A DNA stretch of 64,000 nucleotides, from the NCBI GenBank assembly GCA_025450135.1, contig JANWHZ010000045.1, positions 2,634-66,633 of the forward strand, given 5' to 3'. Within the stretch, counting starts at the first letter, position 1, and each line of letters starts with the position of its first letter. The notes under the pieces were generated by a model. It did not search any database. It was given only the letters and a program-made list of their open reading frames with translations, and was not told where the DNA came from. Below are positions 11,201-19,503 of this stretch, one piece after another. This DNA is from Candidatus Saccharimonadales bacterium. Lineage in GTDB: Bacteria > Patescibacteriota > Saccharimonadia > Saccharimonadales > UBA4665. Made by a program: the position numbers and the translations under genes.

Positions 11201-11843
11201 TGTCAACATGTTTGAACGCTTCACGCATACGGGCTTCAGGCACACCAAGAGCACGCAGCAGTGTGGTAGCTGGGATCTTGCGCTTGCGGTCGATCTTGAC
11301 GTAAAGCGCATTATTGCTTGAAGTCTCAAACTCTAGCCAAGCGCCACGACCAGGGATCACCTTAGCACCATACAACATGCCTCCCGTATGTTGTTCTGCA
11401 GTGAAGAACACACCAGCTGAGCGGGTCAGCTGGCTTACTACAACACGTTCAGCACCATTGATGACAAATGTCCCGCGGCGTGTCATCCACGGATAATCAC
11501 CGAGATAAATTTCCTGCTCTTTTACTTCGCCTGTGATTTTGTTGATAAGCTCAGCACGCGCCATCAGCGGCACTTCGTACGAAACATTGTTCTCACGGGC
11601 CTCTGACTCTGTCAGCTTAGGCTCACCGAAGTAATATTTTTTGAAGTTAAGTGTTAGTTTGGTACCGGTATAGTCGTCAATCGGACTAATTTCCGCCAAT
11701 AGCTCACCGAGGCCTTCCTCGACAAACCATTGGAACGACTTGTTTTGGTGCTCTACGAGTCCTGGCAATTCAGCCTGATCCTGGCTGCCGGTCGTAAAGT
11801 ACACGCGTGAACCCTTAGCGGCTGCTGTGCTGCTTTTCGCCAT
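8289..11843 (-). CDS. rpoB: DNA-directed RNA polymerase subunit beta
   Basis: Full-length beta subunit with conserved blocks such as ...GGRHGNKGV... and ...NMNKLNHMVADKIHARSTGPY.... It ends in an acidic tail of about 60 aa (...DIDVTDVPVEDF...EEAYDNEEGEEA). Confidence 0.97.
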   Translation of the reverse strand: MAKSSTAAAKGSRVYFTTGSQDQAELPGLVEHQNKSFQWFVEEGLGELLAEISPIDDYTGTKLTLNFKKYYFGEPKLTESEARENNVSYEVPLMARAELINKITGEVKEQEIYLGDYPWMTRRGTFVINGAERVVVSQLTRSAGVFFTAEQHTGGMLYGAKVIPGRGAWLEFETSSNNALYVKIDRKRKIPATTLLRALGVPEARMREAFKHVDTGKVSYLDATLEKDSSKGQNNALIEVYRRLRPGDLATVDNARSLIENMFYNFKRFDFSRVGRYKLNKRLNLDVPNTIEHRVMHIEDLEAIVAEIIRLNNTQEPSDDIDSLANRRVKMVGELVQRQFRIGLLRMARNTQDRMSMSDIETVQPGQLINARPVVAAVREFFASSQLSQFMDQVNPLSELAHKRRLSSMGPGGLSRERAGFDVRDAHATHYGRICAVETPEGANIGLVLNLANYARVNDYGFVETPYRKVINAATPRDIVGEIASVNLEDENGKTLVKAGSKITKEDAAKLAKVEGRVTWPVKARVTDEIEYLDAYDEEAATIAGAGNETDEHGYFMAERVSAREYLKTAQVDANEVTHVDATRNQIIGTSAGLIPFIEKNYVYRSLMGANQQRQAVPLIQPKAPIVGTGLEGPAARNTGQLIAAEDDGEVVKASADEVVVQYKDGKVSYHPQHFIRSNEGTSINQKVVVNTGDQVKKGDVLVEGMSIENGEMALGKDLLVAFMPWGGYNFEDAVVLSRRIVEDDTLTSIHIVDFMIEVRETKLGPEIVTRDIPNVSEETLRHLADDGIVRIGAEVHPGDILVGKITPKGEQELSSEEMLLRAIFGEKAKEVRDTSQRMSNGKHGKVVGVKVFSRENGHELKSGVIKQIQVFVAQMRKISVGDKLGGRHGNKGVIARILPIEDMPFTEDGTPVDIVLNPLGVPSRMNLGQLFEAHLGMAAHALGYKVASPSFDGVPTKKIQELLKQAGLPEDGKQQLYDGRTGEPFRERTVVGVMYMNKLNHMVADKIHARSTGPYTMVTQQPLGGKAQNGGQRFGEMEVWALEAYGASNILQEMLTIKSDDVYGRSKAYESIIKKTEIVGPKVPESFNVLVKELQGLGLKVDLLKSNQVVDAEALLASNIRREAAAEPPVEVPAEEISDIDVTDVPVEDFSVITDADDLGGEPASVTMSNGEEAYDNEEGEEA

Positions 11844-11894
11844 ACGCTACTATCACCCCTTTCGCTTTAGATATCTTCCTACTCGCAACAAACA

Positions 11895-11919
11895 AGACTT
11901 TACTAGTGAAGTAAAGCCC
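11895..11919 (-). terminator. Hairpin plus U-rich tract in the clpP-rpoB spacer (clpP terminator and/or rpoB attenuator)
   Basis: Minus strand GGGCUUUACU-ucac(u)-AGUAAAGUCU forms a stem of about 10 bp including G-U pairs, followed by UGUUUGUUG. It ends 51 nt upstream of the rpoB ATG. Confidence 0.4.
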
Positions 11920-12113
11920 AACTTACGCCCTGTTACTGCTGCAAGATAGTAATGATAGCTGTACGCTTAATTAAATTGTGTGAGGGAAGGACACCTACGT
12001 TCCAGCTAAAAATTCATTATAAAACCAGCCGAAACGTACACTGCTTCTTAGTACTGTAGTGTGAACGATGAAATTTTAATTGTCAAGCTAAATAATTGCT
12101 GGATACCAGGTAA

Positions 12114-12734
12114 CTATGCAGCTTTAGGAGCTGAGGTAATGACCGCATCAACAAGCCCGTAAATTTTGGACTCTTCGGCATCCATCCACTTATCGCGTTC
12201 CATGTCATCATTGATCTTTTCTACCTTCTGACCGGTATTTTTGGCCATGATTTCATTGAGGCGCCGTTTGATGCGCAGTGACTCCCTCAGGTCAATTTCC
12301 ATATCGGTTACTTTTCCTTTAGTACCGCTTGAGGGCTGGTGAATCATAACGGTAGCATTAGGCAGCATAAAGCGCTTGCCTTTGGTGCCGCTACTGAGCA
12401 AAAACGCGGCTGCTGAAGCCTGGACACCGATACCAACTGTCTGCACGTCGTTGGTTACGAACTGCATCGTATCGTAGATTGCCAACGCATCATAGACACT
12501 ACCGCCGGGGCTGTTAATGTAGAAGTAAATGTCCTTCTTGGCATCCTGCGACTGTAGGAAGAGAAATTGCGCAACAATTAAGTTGGCCGTCGCTTCATTG
12601 ACATCTTGGTTTAGGAAAATTATACGGTCCTTTAGAAGCCGCGAGTAGATGTCGTACGCCCGCTCATACCGTCCCTCGTTTTCAATCACGGTTGGTACTA
12701 ACACTTGTGCCCTGGGAGAAGAAAAATCGCTCAT
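12114..12734 (-). CDS. clpP: ATP-dependent Clp protease proteolytic subunit
   Basis: The Ser-His-Asp triad context is conserved (GVQASAAAFLL, MIHQP, ERD). Start placed at ATG 12734 (MSDFSS...) because the track GTG at 12758 lies inside the CIRCE operator. Confidence 0.93.
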   Translation of the reverse strand: MSDFSSPRAQVLVPTVIENEGRYERAYDIYSRLLKDRIIFLNQDVNEATANLIVAQFLFLQSQDAKKDIYFYINSPGGSVYDALAIYDTMQFVTNDVQTVGIGVQASAAAFLLSSGTKGKRFMLPNATVMIHQPSSGTKGKVTDMEIDLRESLRIKRRLNEIMAKNTGQKVEKINDDMERDKWMDAEESKIYGLVDAVITSAPKAA

Positions 12735-12740
12735 ATCTTT

Positions 12741-12778
12741 ATGATAGCCAGTTAGCACTCACCAGTCAAGAGTGCTAA
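12741..12778 (-). promoter_or_regulatory. CIRCE operator (HrcA site) with embedded sigma-70-type promoter of clpP
   Basis: 12752-12778 reads TTAGCACTC-ACCAGTCAA-GAGTGCTAA, a perfect match to the CIRCE consensus TTAGCACTC-N9-GAGTGCTAA. On the gene strand the spacer contains TTGACT (-35, 12764-12769), then 17 nt, then TATCAT (-10, 12741-12746), then 6 nt, then ATG 12734. Confidence 0.85.
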
Positions 12779-12828
12779 TTCACTATTTTTTCAGTATAGT
12801 AATGCATAATTCGTGTTAAGGTTTTATT

Positions 12829-13431
12829 ATGACAAGCAGATTACCTCGAGAACTCCCCCCTCTCGATGGCTTTCTAACAATACGCCCAGAGACAGAGACC
12901 CCTGATAGAGCTGGGCATTTTGTCATCGAGCGTGTCGACAGCCTGGGCCGTCAGATAAACGTTGATGCCTCTATTGGTTGGCGGCGCCCTGATGGGCCTA
13001 GGCGAATTCGGCGTGAACCCAACACCTTATTCATCGAAAATGTCCAAGTAACTGAACGCCAGCATCTCGGGGCGGCCGCTCTCTATCTTGCGATTCAGCA
13101 CGCAAAGCAAGCGGCTGCTACCCGAGGCGTAGAGCTTCGTGCGGGCCGTATGCAGATCATAAACCCAAGCATGATATGGGCAACTGAAAAGCTAAAGGAT
13201 ATGGGGTTGATCCAAGATGCGTATTATTTAAAGAATGGCAACACAGCTCCACACAGATTGCCAGCTACCGAAGGGTTTGAGGATTTGCCAGGTCTTATCT
13301 CTGCCGCTGAAGCGGCTCGCTATATGCAGCTGCAAGCAGATATGGAAAGTGCCGGCGTTGAGCCAGAAGGACTTGGCGCGGTTTGCTGCAAATTTACGTT
13401 CCAGCAGGATCCAACCAATATTGACATATAA
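12829..13431 (+). CDS. Hypothetical protein (possible GNAT-like motif VTERQHLGAAAL; unassigned)
   Basis: 200-aa ORF divergent from clpP. TATAGT (-10-like) and AAGG lie upstream. Its 3' end overlaps the convergent Nudix gene by 38 nt. No confident family. Confidence 0.5.
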   Translation: MTSRLPRELPPLDGFLTIRPETETPDRAGHFVIERVDSLGRQINVDASIGWRRPDGPRRIRREPNTLFIENVQVTERQHLGAAALYLAIQHAKQAAATRGVELRAGRMQIINPSMIWATEKLKDMGLIQDAYYLKNGNTAPHRLPATEGFEDLPGLISAAEAARYMQLQADMESAGVEPEGLGAVCCKFTFQQDPTNIDI

Positions 13432-13930
13432 ATCTGATCATTTTTGTGCTTGGCTCGGAAAAGTTGGCAACAAAGTGCTCCGGCGAAACGACTATTTCCT
13501 GCTCTAAAGCGTCAATACTGACCCACCTCACCTCGGCAACTTCTTCCGCTTGTAGCGTAAACTGTTCCACTGACCAGTTGAGTGTTGCGACATACGTCTG
13601 GCAAAAGTAGCCTTGGCCATGGCCATTATCTGAGACGAAATACTTAGGACCAGGCGTAAATTTCGCGTCAGCAATTCCAAGTTCCTCAGACGCTTCTTTG
13701 GTTATATTCTCATCATAGGTCTCATTGTTTTCCACAGTTCCAGCAGCCGCGGGTCCCCACTTGTTAGGATCAAGCAGCTTAGATAGCACCCGCCTTGATA
13801 GCAAGACCTCACCTTTATCGTTAACTATCCAGAGTGAGGCCACACGGTAGATATCGCCAGGCTTGAGTTGGTCGCGTTCCTTATAGCCGATTACCCGGTC
13901 ATGCCTATCAACAAGCGTGCATACGGCCAT
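13394..13930 (-). CDS. Nudix-family hydrolase
   Basis: Nudix box GTVENNETYDENITKEASEELGI fits GX5EX7(R/K)EXXEEXGU, with K in place of R. 178 aa. Confidence 0.75.
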   Translation of the reverse strand: MAVCTLVDRHDRVIGYKERDQLKPGDIYRVASLWIVNDKGEVLLSRRVLSKLLDPNKWGPAAAGTVENNETYDENITKEASEELGIADAKFTPGPKYFVSDNGHGQGYFCQTYVATLNWSVEQFTLQAEEVAEVRWVSIDALEQEIVVSPEHFVANFSEPSTKMIRFICQYWLDPAGT

Positions 13931-14210
13931 TACTAGTTCTTAGTTCCACTTCTAATGCCTGTTATATTAACCTGAGTTGTCTGCGGTCTGGCAATAATCG
14001 GTGAAGCCGCTGAACCAAGTAAGGAAAGTTTTATTTTCGGTGCGGGCGCAATTATAACAGCTAGCATGTTTTGCATAGTATTCATCATAATATGCGCCGC
14101 TACAAGTACACCGTTGCGCCACTGGCCGCCATGCTCTATCGTTGTTGCTTCGAAAGGTGGCAGAGACTATCCCGATCTTCTTCGGGATCGTCTGTCCAAC
14201 ATTGATCCAC

Positions 14211-15500
14211 TTATTTTGCAGTAGATGCATACCCTGTTAGCTTAGCAACCGTTTTCTCAGTCAGCATACTCGAGAGAATTGACCGTGCGTTCTCCGGCTT
14301 TTCGAGCTCTTCTTGCATGACTCTGTCATTGTACTGGCCTTTCAAGAGCTGCATATGAAGCTGAAATTCTTCTGCCGTAACGGTGATCCCTTCTTGGTCG
14401 GCTACCTCACTCAGCGCCAGGCCTGCCTTAACGCGCCGTTCAGCACCAACGCGAGTTTCGTCACGGTATTCATCTTCGGTTTGGCCACGTTCTTCCAGAT
14501 ATTCCTGCCATGTTTGACCTCGGTAAGCTAGGTTTTGGCGGACTTGGCTAATCGTACGATTAATCTCGTCGTCAACAAGCGACGTTGGCAAAGCAACGGT
14601 CGTTTTGTCCGCCAGCATGTCAAGTAATGCATTATCATAATCACGATCAGCTTCAGTCTGTTTTTCACTCTGAAGCTGTTTAGTAATGTCTGCACGTAGA
14701 TCCTTAACTGTCTTGAATGGCCCAACCTTTGCTGCAAACGCATTATCTAGCTTTGGCTTATCAAGCTCCTGCACTTTACTCACCGTAACCTCGAATATAA
14801 CCTTGCGATTTTGCAATGCTTTTACACCGTAATCTTTCGGGAAAGTCAATGTGAAGCTCTTGGTCTCGCCAATCTTCATGCCTACGATATTTGCTTCAAA
14901 CCCGGGAATAAATGTGTCACTACCAAGTAGTAGCGGATAGCTTTGTCCATCCGCCCCTTTGACTGGTTCTTTAGTCCTTTGGTCGCTGCCCTTGAAATCA
15001 ATCACCACCTCATCACCCACTTTGGCGGAACGATTGACTTCTTTCTTCTCGGCAGCGCGAGTACGGAGCGTCTCAATAACTTCGTCAATATCCTGTTCTG
15101 ACACACTAATGATTTTCTTGCTTAAGCGAAGCTTCTTATAATCTGGCAGCTGTATATCGCCAATTACTTCCACTTCGGCAGTGATTTCAAGGGTAGTAAA
15201 CGGTACAAATTTTTGTAAGCCTACCTTTGGTTGAGCAACCGGCCGCAACCGCTCCTGCTCAACGGCAGCACTATACAAGCGATTGAGTGCTTCGTCTATA
15301 AATTCGGTTTGGAGCAGCGATACGTCAGCGTTACGTTCGACAATTGCAAGCGGCGCTTTACCAGGTCGAAAACCTGGTAATTTCATTTGCTGGGAAAGAT
15401 GTTTCAGAACATGCTGTTTGACAGAGGCCAGGAGTGTTTGGTCAGCCACAATCGTTAGTTTGATAGTGGTAGGGTTCAATTGTTCACGTGTAATGTGCAT
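14211..15500 (-). CDS. tig: Trigger factor
   Basis: Has the GFRPGKAP signature, a PPIase-like middle domain and a C-terminal domain. Start placed at ATG 15500 (MHITREQLNPTTIKL...); the 19 upstream codons in the track are not TF-like. Confidence 0.93.
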   Translation of the reverse strand: MHITREQLNPTTIKLTIVADQTLLASVKQHVLKHLSQQMKLPGFRPGKAPLAIVERNADVSLLQTEFIDEALNRLYSAAVEQERLRPVAQPKVGLQKFVPFTTLEITAEVEVIGDIQLPDYKKLRLSKKIISVSEQDIDEVIETLRTRAAEKKEVNRSAKVGDEVVIDFKGSDQRTKEPVKGADGQSYPLLLGSDTFIPGFEANIVGMKIGETKSFTLTFPKDYGVKALQNRKVIFEVTVSKVQELDKPKLDNAFAAKVGPFKTVKDLRADITKQLQSEKQTEADRDYDNALLDMLADKTTVALPTSLVDDEINRTISQVRQNLAYRGQTWQEYLEERGQTEDEYRDETRVGAERRVKAGLALSEVADQEGITVTAEEFQLHMQLLKGQYNDRVMQEELEKPENARSILSSMLTEKTVAKLTGYASTAK

Positions 15501-15610
15501 AGATACCAAGTCTAACAGATAGAAACAGATATAGCTAGCAGCGATTCTGCAGCACATAGGAAATATTTTGCTGACGATGATAACCTTTGTCCGGCAGTAT
15601 ATCTTTGGTT

Positions 15611-16189
15611 ATGAATTTAAACCACCTGAAACGCGAAGCAGTTCATGGCACGGATACTTGTACCGCACAACGCCTTGGCGGTGCTGCCCTACTCGCCATT
15701 ACGCTTTTCGCTGCAGCATGCGCGCCAACCCGCGCTTCGACCCGTACACCTCCTCCGAAGCGTGAGGTAATTGCCGACGTCGCATGTGGCCGCCTCAGTT
15801 TCGTTGGCGCCTGGTATGACGCTATGGAACAAAACGGCTCTGTAGCGAGCGGCTTTGCCGCCTGGGCCCCAGTCAACGGTGAGCCGACTTCAGCCGTTGT
15901 CACCGCCGAGGTGCCCCTCGATACTATCACGATTAGATGGTACCTTGGCTGCGGACGTACGCCGAAAAATTGGGGCATCAACGATGAGCAGTCACCTCTG
16001 AGTTTAGCTCGCTATAGTATCTATCGCTTCAGCTGTACGTTCTCACCTGACGATCTGCCTTCAGCTGATATGGGCACCGTACATGTAGCGGACGCTTGCA
16101 GAGTCACTCCCGAAATTCCAGCAACTGCAGGAACTACTGCTCGTCCTCCAATAGCTTTCCAGGACGGCGATAATCAGCCAAGATACTAG
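15611..16189 (+). CDS. Putative lipoprotein (orphan)
   Basis: MNLNHLKREAVHG...GGAALLAITLFAAAC has a signal peptide plus a lipobox-like AAAC. The region looks GC-rich compared with its neighbours. Its 3' end overlaps the hisS 3' end by 56 nt (convergent). Confidence 0.45.
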   Translation: MNLNHLKREAVHGTDTCTAQRLGGAALLAITLFAAACAPTRASTRTPPPKREVIADVACGRLSFVGAWYDAMEQNGSVASGFAAWAPVNGEPTSAVVTAEVPLDTITIRWYLGCGRTPKNWGINDEQSPLSLARYSIYRFSCTFSPDDLPSADMGTVHVADACRVTPEIPATAGTTARPPIAFQDGDNQPRY

Positions 16190-17465
16190 CGATACGCGCC
16201 AGGCTGTGTTTTTCTTCAGTTCCCTTACCCAAATCACGCAATGTAAACTGCTTGTCAGCTAGCTCCTGTTCGCCGATGATCAATGCGTAGCGAATACCTT
16301 TCTTCGCCGCTGTTGCCAGTTGCTTGTCAAGTTTGCGACCTGAAAAATCCACCGCAACATTAACGCCGTTTTCGCGCAGCTCACTGATTGCGGCCTGAGT
16401 CTGCGACAGTATGTCGCCAGCCAAAACGATATATACATCCGTCTCAGTAGGCAGTGGTGGCAATAGGTTATGCGTGCGTAAGAAGTTCTCAAGCACCACA
16501 TCACCCATTGCGTAGCCAACGGTTGGCACTGGTTCGACTCCAAAATTACCCACTAAACCGTTATAGCGCCCGCCGCCAAAGAGCGATCGACTGTTTTCTG
16601 GGTCTGTGTCGAAACCTTCGAATATCATGCCGGTGTAGTAATCGAAACCCCGCATCAACGTAATGTCGAATTCGGCGTTTTCCATACCGCCGGCACGCAA
16701 GCGGTCCATAAGCGATTGGATCTCAGCTACATCGGGTTGCTGACGCAAGTCCTCTGGAAGATCAGCCACACGCTTCGTATCTAATACGGTCAACATCTTC
16801 TCAACGAGACCCGCCTCGCGCTGGGAGGGCTGGCAAATTGCATCTGCTTGCACAATAAAATCGGCACGATCCATTTTGCGAATGCGATCGACCAGACGAA
16901 TCATGCTCGTCGCCTGCACTTCGTCTAGCCCCAAGTACACCCGCATTAAATAGTTAATGAACTGACGGTTACTTACGCGTATCGTAAACATGCTCGGCTT
17001 AGCGCCAAAGTTTTTCATGATGGCTGCAGCAAGTTCAATGATTTCCTGGTCAGCTTGCGTGCCTTCAATGCCAAACAAATCGGCGTTGAGCTGCCAGAAT
17101 TCCCGCAGCCGTCCTTTCTGAGCACGCTCGTAACGCCAGAAATTAGCTATGCTATACCAACGGATTGGATAGGGTAATTCCTGACGCTTCCCGGCAACAA
17201 GCCGACTGACTGTTGGCGTCATTTCGGTCCGGATAGTGACACTACGGCCGCCCCGGTCGAAGAAGGTGTACGTTTGCTCGTCGATGATTTCTTGATTGCC
17301 TTTACTCAGATAGAGTTCAGTTGGCTCTAGAATCGGAGCGTTATACTCCTCGTAGCCAAAACGCTCACAAGTCTGGTCAATTTTCTTGAATATGTAATTT
17401 TGCACGCGCTTTTCTTCAGGATAGAAATCGCGTGCGCCTTTGTAAGGTTGTGTAGAAAGTGCCAT
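16134..17465 (-). CDS. hisS: Histidine--tRNA ligase
   Basis: Class II HisRS blocks (...RGARDFYPEE..., ...WRYERAQKGRLREFWQ..., ...GGGRYNGL...) over 443 aa. Confidence 0.95.
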   Translation of the reverse strand: MALSTQPYKGARDFYPEEKRVQNYIFKKIDQTCERFGYEEYNAPILEPTELYLSKGNQEIIDEQTYTFFDRGGRSVTIRTEMTPTVSRLVAGKRQELPYPIRWYSIANFWRYERAQKGRLREFWQLNADLFGIEGTQADQEIIELAAAIMKNFGAKPSMFTIRVSNRQFINYLMRVYLGLDEVQATSMIRLVDRIRKMDRADFIVQADAICQPSQREAGLVEKMLTVLDTKRVADLPEDLRQQPDVAEIQSLMDRLRAGGMENAEFDITLMRGFDYYTGMIFEGFDTDPENSRSLFGGGRYNGLVGNFGVEPVPTVGYAMGDVVLENFLRTHNLLPPLPTETDVYIVLAGDILSQTQAAISELRENGVNVAVDFSGRKLDKQLATAAKKGIRYALIIGEQELADKQFTLRDLGKGTEEKHSLARIASILADYRRPGKLLEDEQ

Positions 17466-17477
17466 AACTATCCTCCA

Positions 17478-18266
17478 TTATATCGTGGACTTCTGATTAG
17501 TCGAGCTGTTCGGTGTCTCAGCCTCACTCGTCAGCCAGACAAACAAAGCTCTATCCCGGCGCTCGGTATCTAGCGGTCCGGCCATTTCATCGGTGACAGT
17601 TATCTGTTGAACCCCTTGTTCGTAAGCGCCGATTGGTCCACTAATTTGCCTCATGAACCTACTAGAGGTCCGATACATCGGACCGGAAACTGAAGTACGT
17701 TGCACTGCTGGCAGCCCTAGCCTTTGTGCTTCTGCCAGACGCACCGTGTGCATATCATTACTCATGCCATACCCACGCATACCTGAGTCTGGGTCAATAC
17801 CCGACTCGGACAGATAGAAGAACCGAGCAGTGATGCCGCAGCCACCGAGTGCCCGCACAATAGCGGCCTGCATTTCCGGCGTTTTGTACTTTTCGGCCGC
17901 AAATTCCACAGGACATTCGTATGAAAAGGCCCAGCTAAAACCCGCAAGCGCACCTTCCGGTCTACGTACGAGCCACAGAGCGGCATCCGGACGCGCCAGC
18001 TCTTTGACAATGCGCTCTCTGGTCTCACTAAGTGGGTACGCTTCTGTAAGCAGGCCGCCGCAACTTGGGCATGGATCTCCGCGCTGCATGTCTAAACCGA
18101 AGAACTCACCTTCTGGGCATTGCCATGCTTCGTTCCAAGGCTTTCCTCTAAACACCCCAGGGTAAATCTCGCCTGCTAAAGCATCCAACGTTTGCTCGTC
18201 GAGCTCGGGCGGGCTGCCCGGCACCCGTTCTAGTGTCGGTCGAGCTGCTTCTTGTATATTATTCAT
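17478..18266 (-). CDS. Hypothetical protein with N-terminal Cys knuckles (CPEG...CPSCGG) and a GNAT-like motif (MRGYGMS)
   Basis: 262-aa ORF. Its start overlaps the M20 gene stop by 8 nt and its stop is 12 nt from the hisS ATG, so it is operonic. The fold assignment is my guess from the motif only. Confidence 0.55.
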   Translation of the reverse strand: MNNIQEAARPTLERVPGSPPELDEQTLDALAGEIYPGVFRGKPWNEAWQCPEGEFFGLDMQRGDPCPSCGGLLTEAYPLSETRERIVKELARPDAALWLVRRPEGALAGFSWAFSYECPVEFAAEKYKTPEMQAAIVRALGGCGITARFFYLSESGIDPDSGMRGYGMSNDMHTVRLAEAQRLGLPAVQRTSVSGPMYRTSSRFMRQISGPIGAYEQGVQQITVTDEMAGPLDTERRDRALFVWLTSEAETPNSSTNQKSTI

Positions 18267-19422
18267 TTCCTAAAAATCCTTTCAGTATAGCTTCGTACAG
18301 CGCTGTTGCCTGCCGAAGGTTAGTTATTGGTACGTTTTCATTTGCACCGTGTTTATTGCTTCCACCTGCACCTATTACATAGGCAGGCGCCTTAATAACG
18401 CTGGTGAGCATTTGCATATCTAAATATCCGCTATATGTCCTGTCAGAGATTGCGTAGGCCACACCACTGGCGCGGTAGCACGCTTCTAGCTGTCTCAACA
18501 CAGGCTCATCAAAATCCGCTGGCCACGACGTGATATTGTGTGCAACGTTTACATTCGCAATTGACAGGCCGCGCTCTGCAAGGAGCGCAGCCAGCCGCGT
18601 GCTCACCCAATCGGCAGTAACACAAGGTAGAGCAGGGCGTATCTCCAGTGTAATATCTGCGGTATCTGCGATAACGTTGCCAGCCCGGCGCCAACTTTCC
18701 TGAGCACCATCTACCTGGCGTATGCCGCCTTGCAAGTAACCAACGTTTACCGTAGTTGGTCCGAGCACTTTATCAACGGCTTTAGCCAGCTCACTTTCAA
18801 GTTGCCGTACGGCAAGTATGGTGCCCGTAATAGCGTTGGCGCCATTATTCGGATTAGACGAGTGCCCGGCGCTGCCCTTAATGAGTAAGCGCAGCTCTAT
18901 GAGCCCGCGGCATCCACTAGCCAAGGCAAGCGAGCCGTCTAGCGATAACGTCAGCTCCGGCTTTGGTAACTCCGCTTCCGATAGGAAGCGCTTCATGCCC
19001 TTGAAGTCGTATTCTTCGTCCCCATATAACAGGAGCATCATCCCGTCTAGATCCAGACCTGTTGTACACATAGCAGCTAAAAAAGCAGCCGTGGAGCCTT
19101 TCATGTCTGAGGCTCCAAGACCATACAACCTACCCTTCTTCAGGACCGGCTGCAACGGGTTGGTACTCCAGCCATCGTTTGGTTGCACGGTATCGATGTG
19201 GCCAACTACCAACAACCTTGGTTCGCCTTTGCCGCGAATGAGCAGATTGGCACGGCCAGAATCGGTAAACTGTTGGCGAGTTATGGATAGGCTCGGTAGC
19301 CGTTTACTTAAAAAGTTCTCCAAAAATGCCACCAAATCTCGTTCGTCAATTTGGCGATCGACATAGCTGGGTATTGCTATGATCTGCCTGGCTAATGCCA
19401 GTACATCTTTGTTTCCTTTCAT
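18259..19422 (-). CDS. M20-family metallopeptidase/deacylase (ArgE/DapE-like)
   Basis: Metal-ligand motifs VVGHIDTV, GASDMKG and YGDEEY over 387 aa. AGGAGAAACAT-ATG SD. Confidence 0.85.
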   Translation of the reverse strand: MKGNKDVLALARQIIAIPSYVDRQIDERDLVAFLENFLSKRLPSLSITRQQFTDSGRANLLIRGKGEPRLLVVGHIDTVQPNDGWSTNPLQPVLKKGRLYGLGASDMKGSTAAFLAAMCTTGLDLDGMMLLLYGDEEYDFKGMKRFLSEAELPKPELTLSLDGSLALASGCRGLIELRLLIKGSAGHSSNPNNGANAITGTILAVRQLESELAKAVDKVLGPTTVNVGYLQGGIRQVDGAQESWRRAGNVIADTADITLEIRPALPCVTADWVSTRLAALLAERGLSIANVNVAHNITSWPADFDEPVLRQLEACYRASGVAYAISDRTYSGYLDMQMLTSVIKAPAYVIGAGGSNKHGANENVPITNLRQATALYEAILKGFLGNE

Positions 19423-19457
19423 ATGTTTCTCCTACGTTAGTTACACCAAACACAAAA

Positions 19458-19482
19458 AACGCCGGAGGCGAACTCCGGCGTT
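19458..19482 (-). terminator. Strong intrinsic terminator 35 nt upstream of the M20-hisS operon
   Basis: Minus strand AACGCCGGAG-uucgc-CUCCGGCGUU (10-bp stem) is followed by UUUUGUGUUU. The plus strand also carries a weaker T run (bidirectional shape). Confidence 0.7.
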
Positions 19483-19503
19483 ACTTTTTAGATAAATAGC
19501 TAA

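Noticed and set aside
13967-14230. 87-aa Cys-containing ORF between the Nudix gene and tig
   Set aside because: It overlaps the tig 3' end by 20 nt, has no SD, and contains a 7-bp hairpin (AUCCCGA/UCGGGAU, around 14170-14190) that looks more like a post-tig RNA structure. I cannot support it as a gene, but cannot exclude it either.
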